A stretch of DNA of 64,000 bases from an uncultured Lentisphaeraceae bacterium (lineage in GTDB: Bacteria > Verrucomicrobiota > Kiritimatiellia > RFP12 > DVOR01), in the NCBI GenBank assembly GCA_949289005.1, contig CASEMQ010000033.1, forward strand, positions 1,472-65,471, given 5' to 3'. A program made the position numbers and the translations under genes. Below, piece after piece: positions 63,829-64,000 of the stretch. The first letter of the stretch is position 1. Each line of letters opens with the position of its first letter. Under the pieces are notes generated by a model, which saw only the letters and a program-made list of their open reading frames with translations, did not search any database and was not told the DNA's origin.

Positions 63829-63857
63829 CGATTCGCGATTCACGATTCGCGATTCAC
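63829..63857 (-). repeat. Third identical copy of the 29-mer CGATTCGCGATTCACGATTCGCGATTCAC
   Basis: Exact match to 53633-53661 and 57673-57701. It contains the stop codon of the upstream gene. Confidence 0.9.
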
Positions 63858-64000
63858 CGCGCCTGCCCGCGGCGGGACGCCGCGAGCAGGCGCTCCCGGA
63901 TGCCGGAGAGGCGGGCGGAGAGGGCGTGGCCCTTGGCGTTGCCGGAGGCCCACCGCTCGCGGTGGGCGCGGAGGGCGTCGAGCAGGCGCCGCTCCTCCGC
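63854..64000 (-). CDS. 3' end of an upstream phage gene (start lies beyond the right window edge)
   Basis: The minus-strand frame is open from the window edge to the TGA at 63854 (..AEERRLLDALRAHRERWASGNAKGHALSARLSGIRERLLAASRRGQAR). Its identity (portal?) cannot be told from 48 aa. Confidence 0.5.
   Translation of the reverse strand, partial: AEERRLLDALRAHRERWASGNAKGHALSARLSGIRERLLAASRRGQAR

Larger units (their letters stand above)
63384..63853 (-). promoter_or_regulatory. 470-bp non-coding control region upstream of the head genes
   Basis: It contains three repeat arrays (63399-63436, 63566-63616, 63641-63666), a minus-strand terminator, a perfect 32-bp palindrome, four TTGCAA hexamers and the 29-mer array. 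No plausible ORF. Confidence 0.7.

Noticed and set aside
51621-63857. CRISPR array interpretation of the short tandem repeats
   Set aside because: The units are 7-8 nt and directly abutting, with no unique spacers. The arrays are only 25-40 nt long and sit one per gene junction. No cas genes are present.

Overview
This is a high-GC bacterial chromosome segment. Many long ORFs in the six-frame track are R/P/G-rich shadow frames of the real genes and were discarded.

Part A (1-49.5 kb) is mostly core metabolism and envelope biogenesis of an apparently anaerobic, glycan-degrading organism:
- Fermentation and redox: pyruvate formate-lyase, and a monomeric [FeFe]-hydrogenase module.
- Glycan degradation: a GH36 alpha-galactosidase, a GH84 beta-N-acetylglucosaminidase and a PL8 lyase.
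- Housekeeping: cdsA, dxr, aspS, tig, thi4, thiE, lolCDE, bioF and recD2.
- An envelope operon that contains an Lnt-TPR fusion.
- Five tRNAs: Ala, Pro, Lys, Gly and Ser.
- Signs of horizontal acquisition: a truncated IS30-type transposase between tRNA genes, a YD/Rhs-repeat fragment, and two more AT-rich orphan ORFs at the left edge.

Part B (49.6-64 kb, running off the right edge) is an all-minus-strand phage-like morphogenesis cluster:
- a Mu-type protease/nested scaffold, a major capsid and a DUF1320 connector;
- a collagen-like fibre and a MuF-like protein;
- a small tail-tube-like protein;
- a chaperone-like pair with an A AAA AAA -1 frameshift site.

The most unusual signal is at the gene junctions of this cluster. 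Almost every junction carries a family of tandem 7-8-nt arrays, often in inverted pairs around short GC hairpins, and sometimes reaching into coding sequence. I did not see these arrays elsewhere in the window. The cluster also has no tape-measure-sized ORF.
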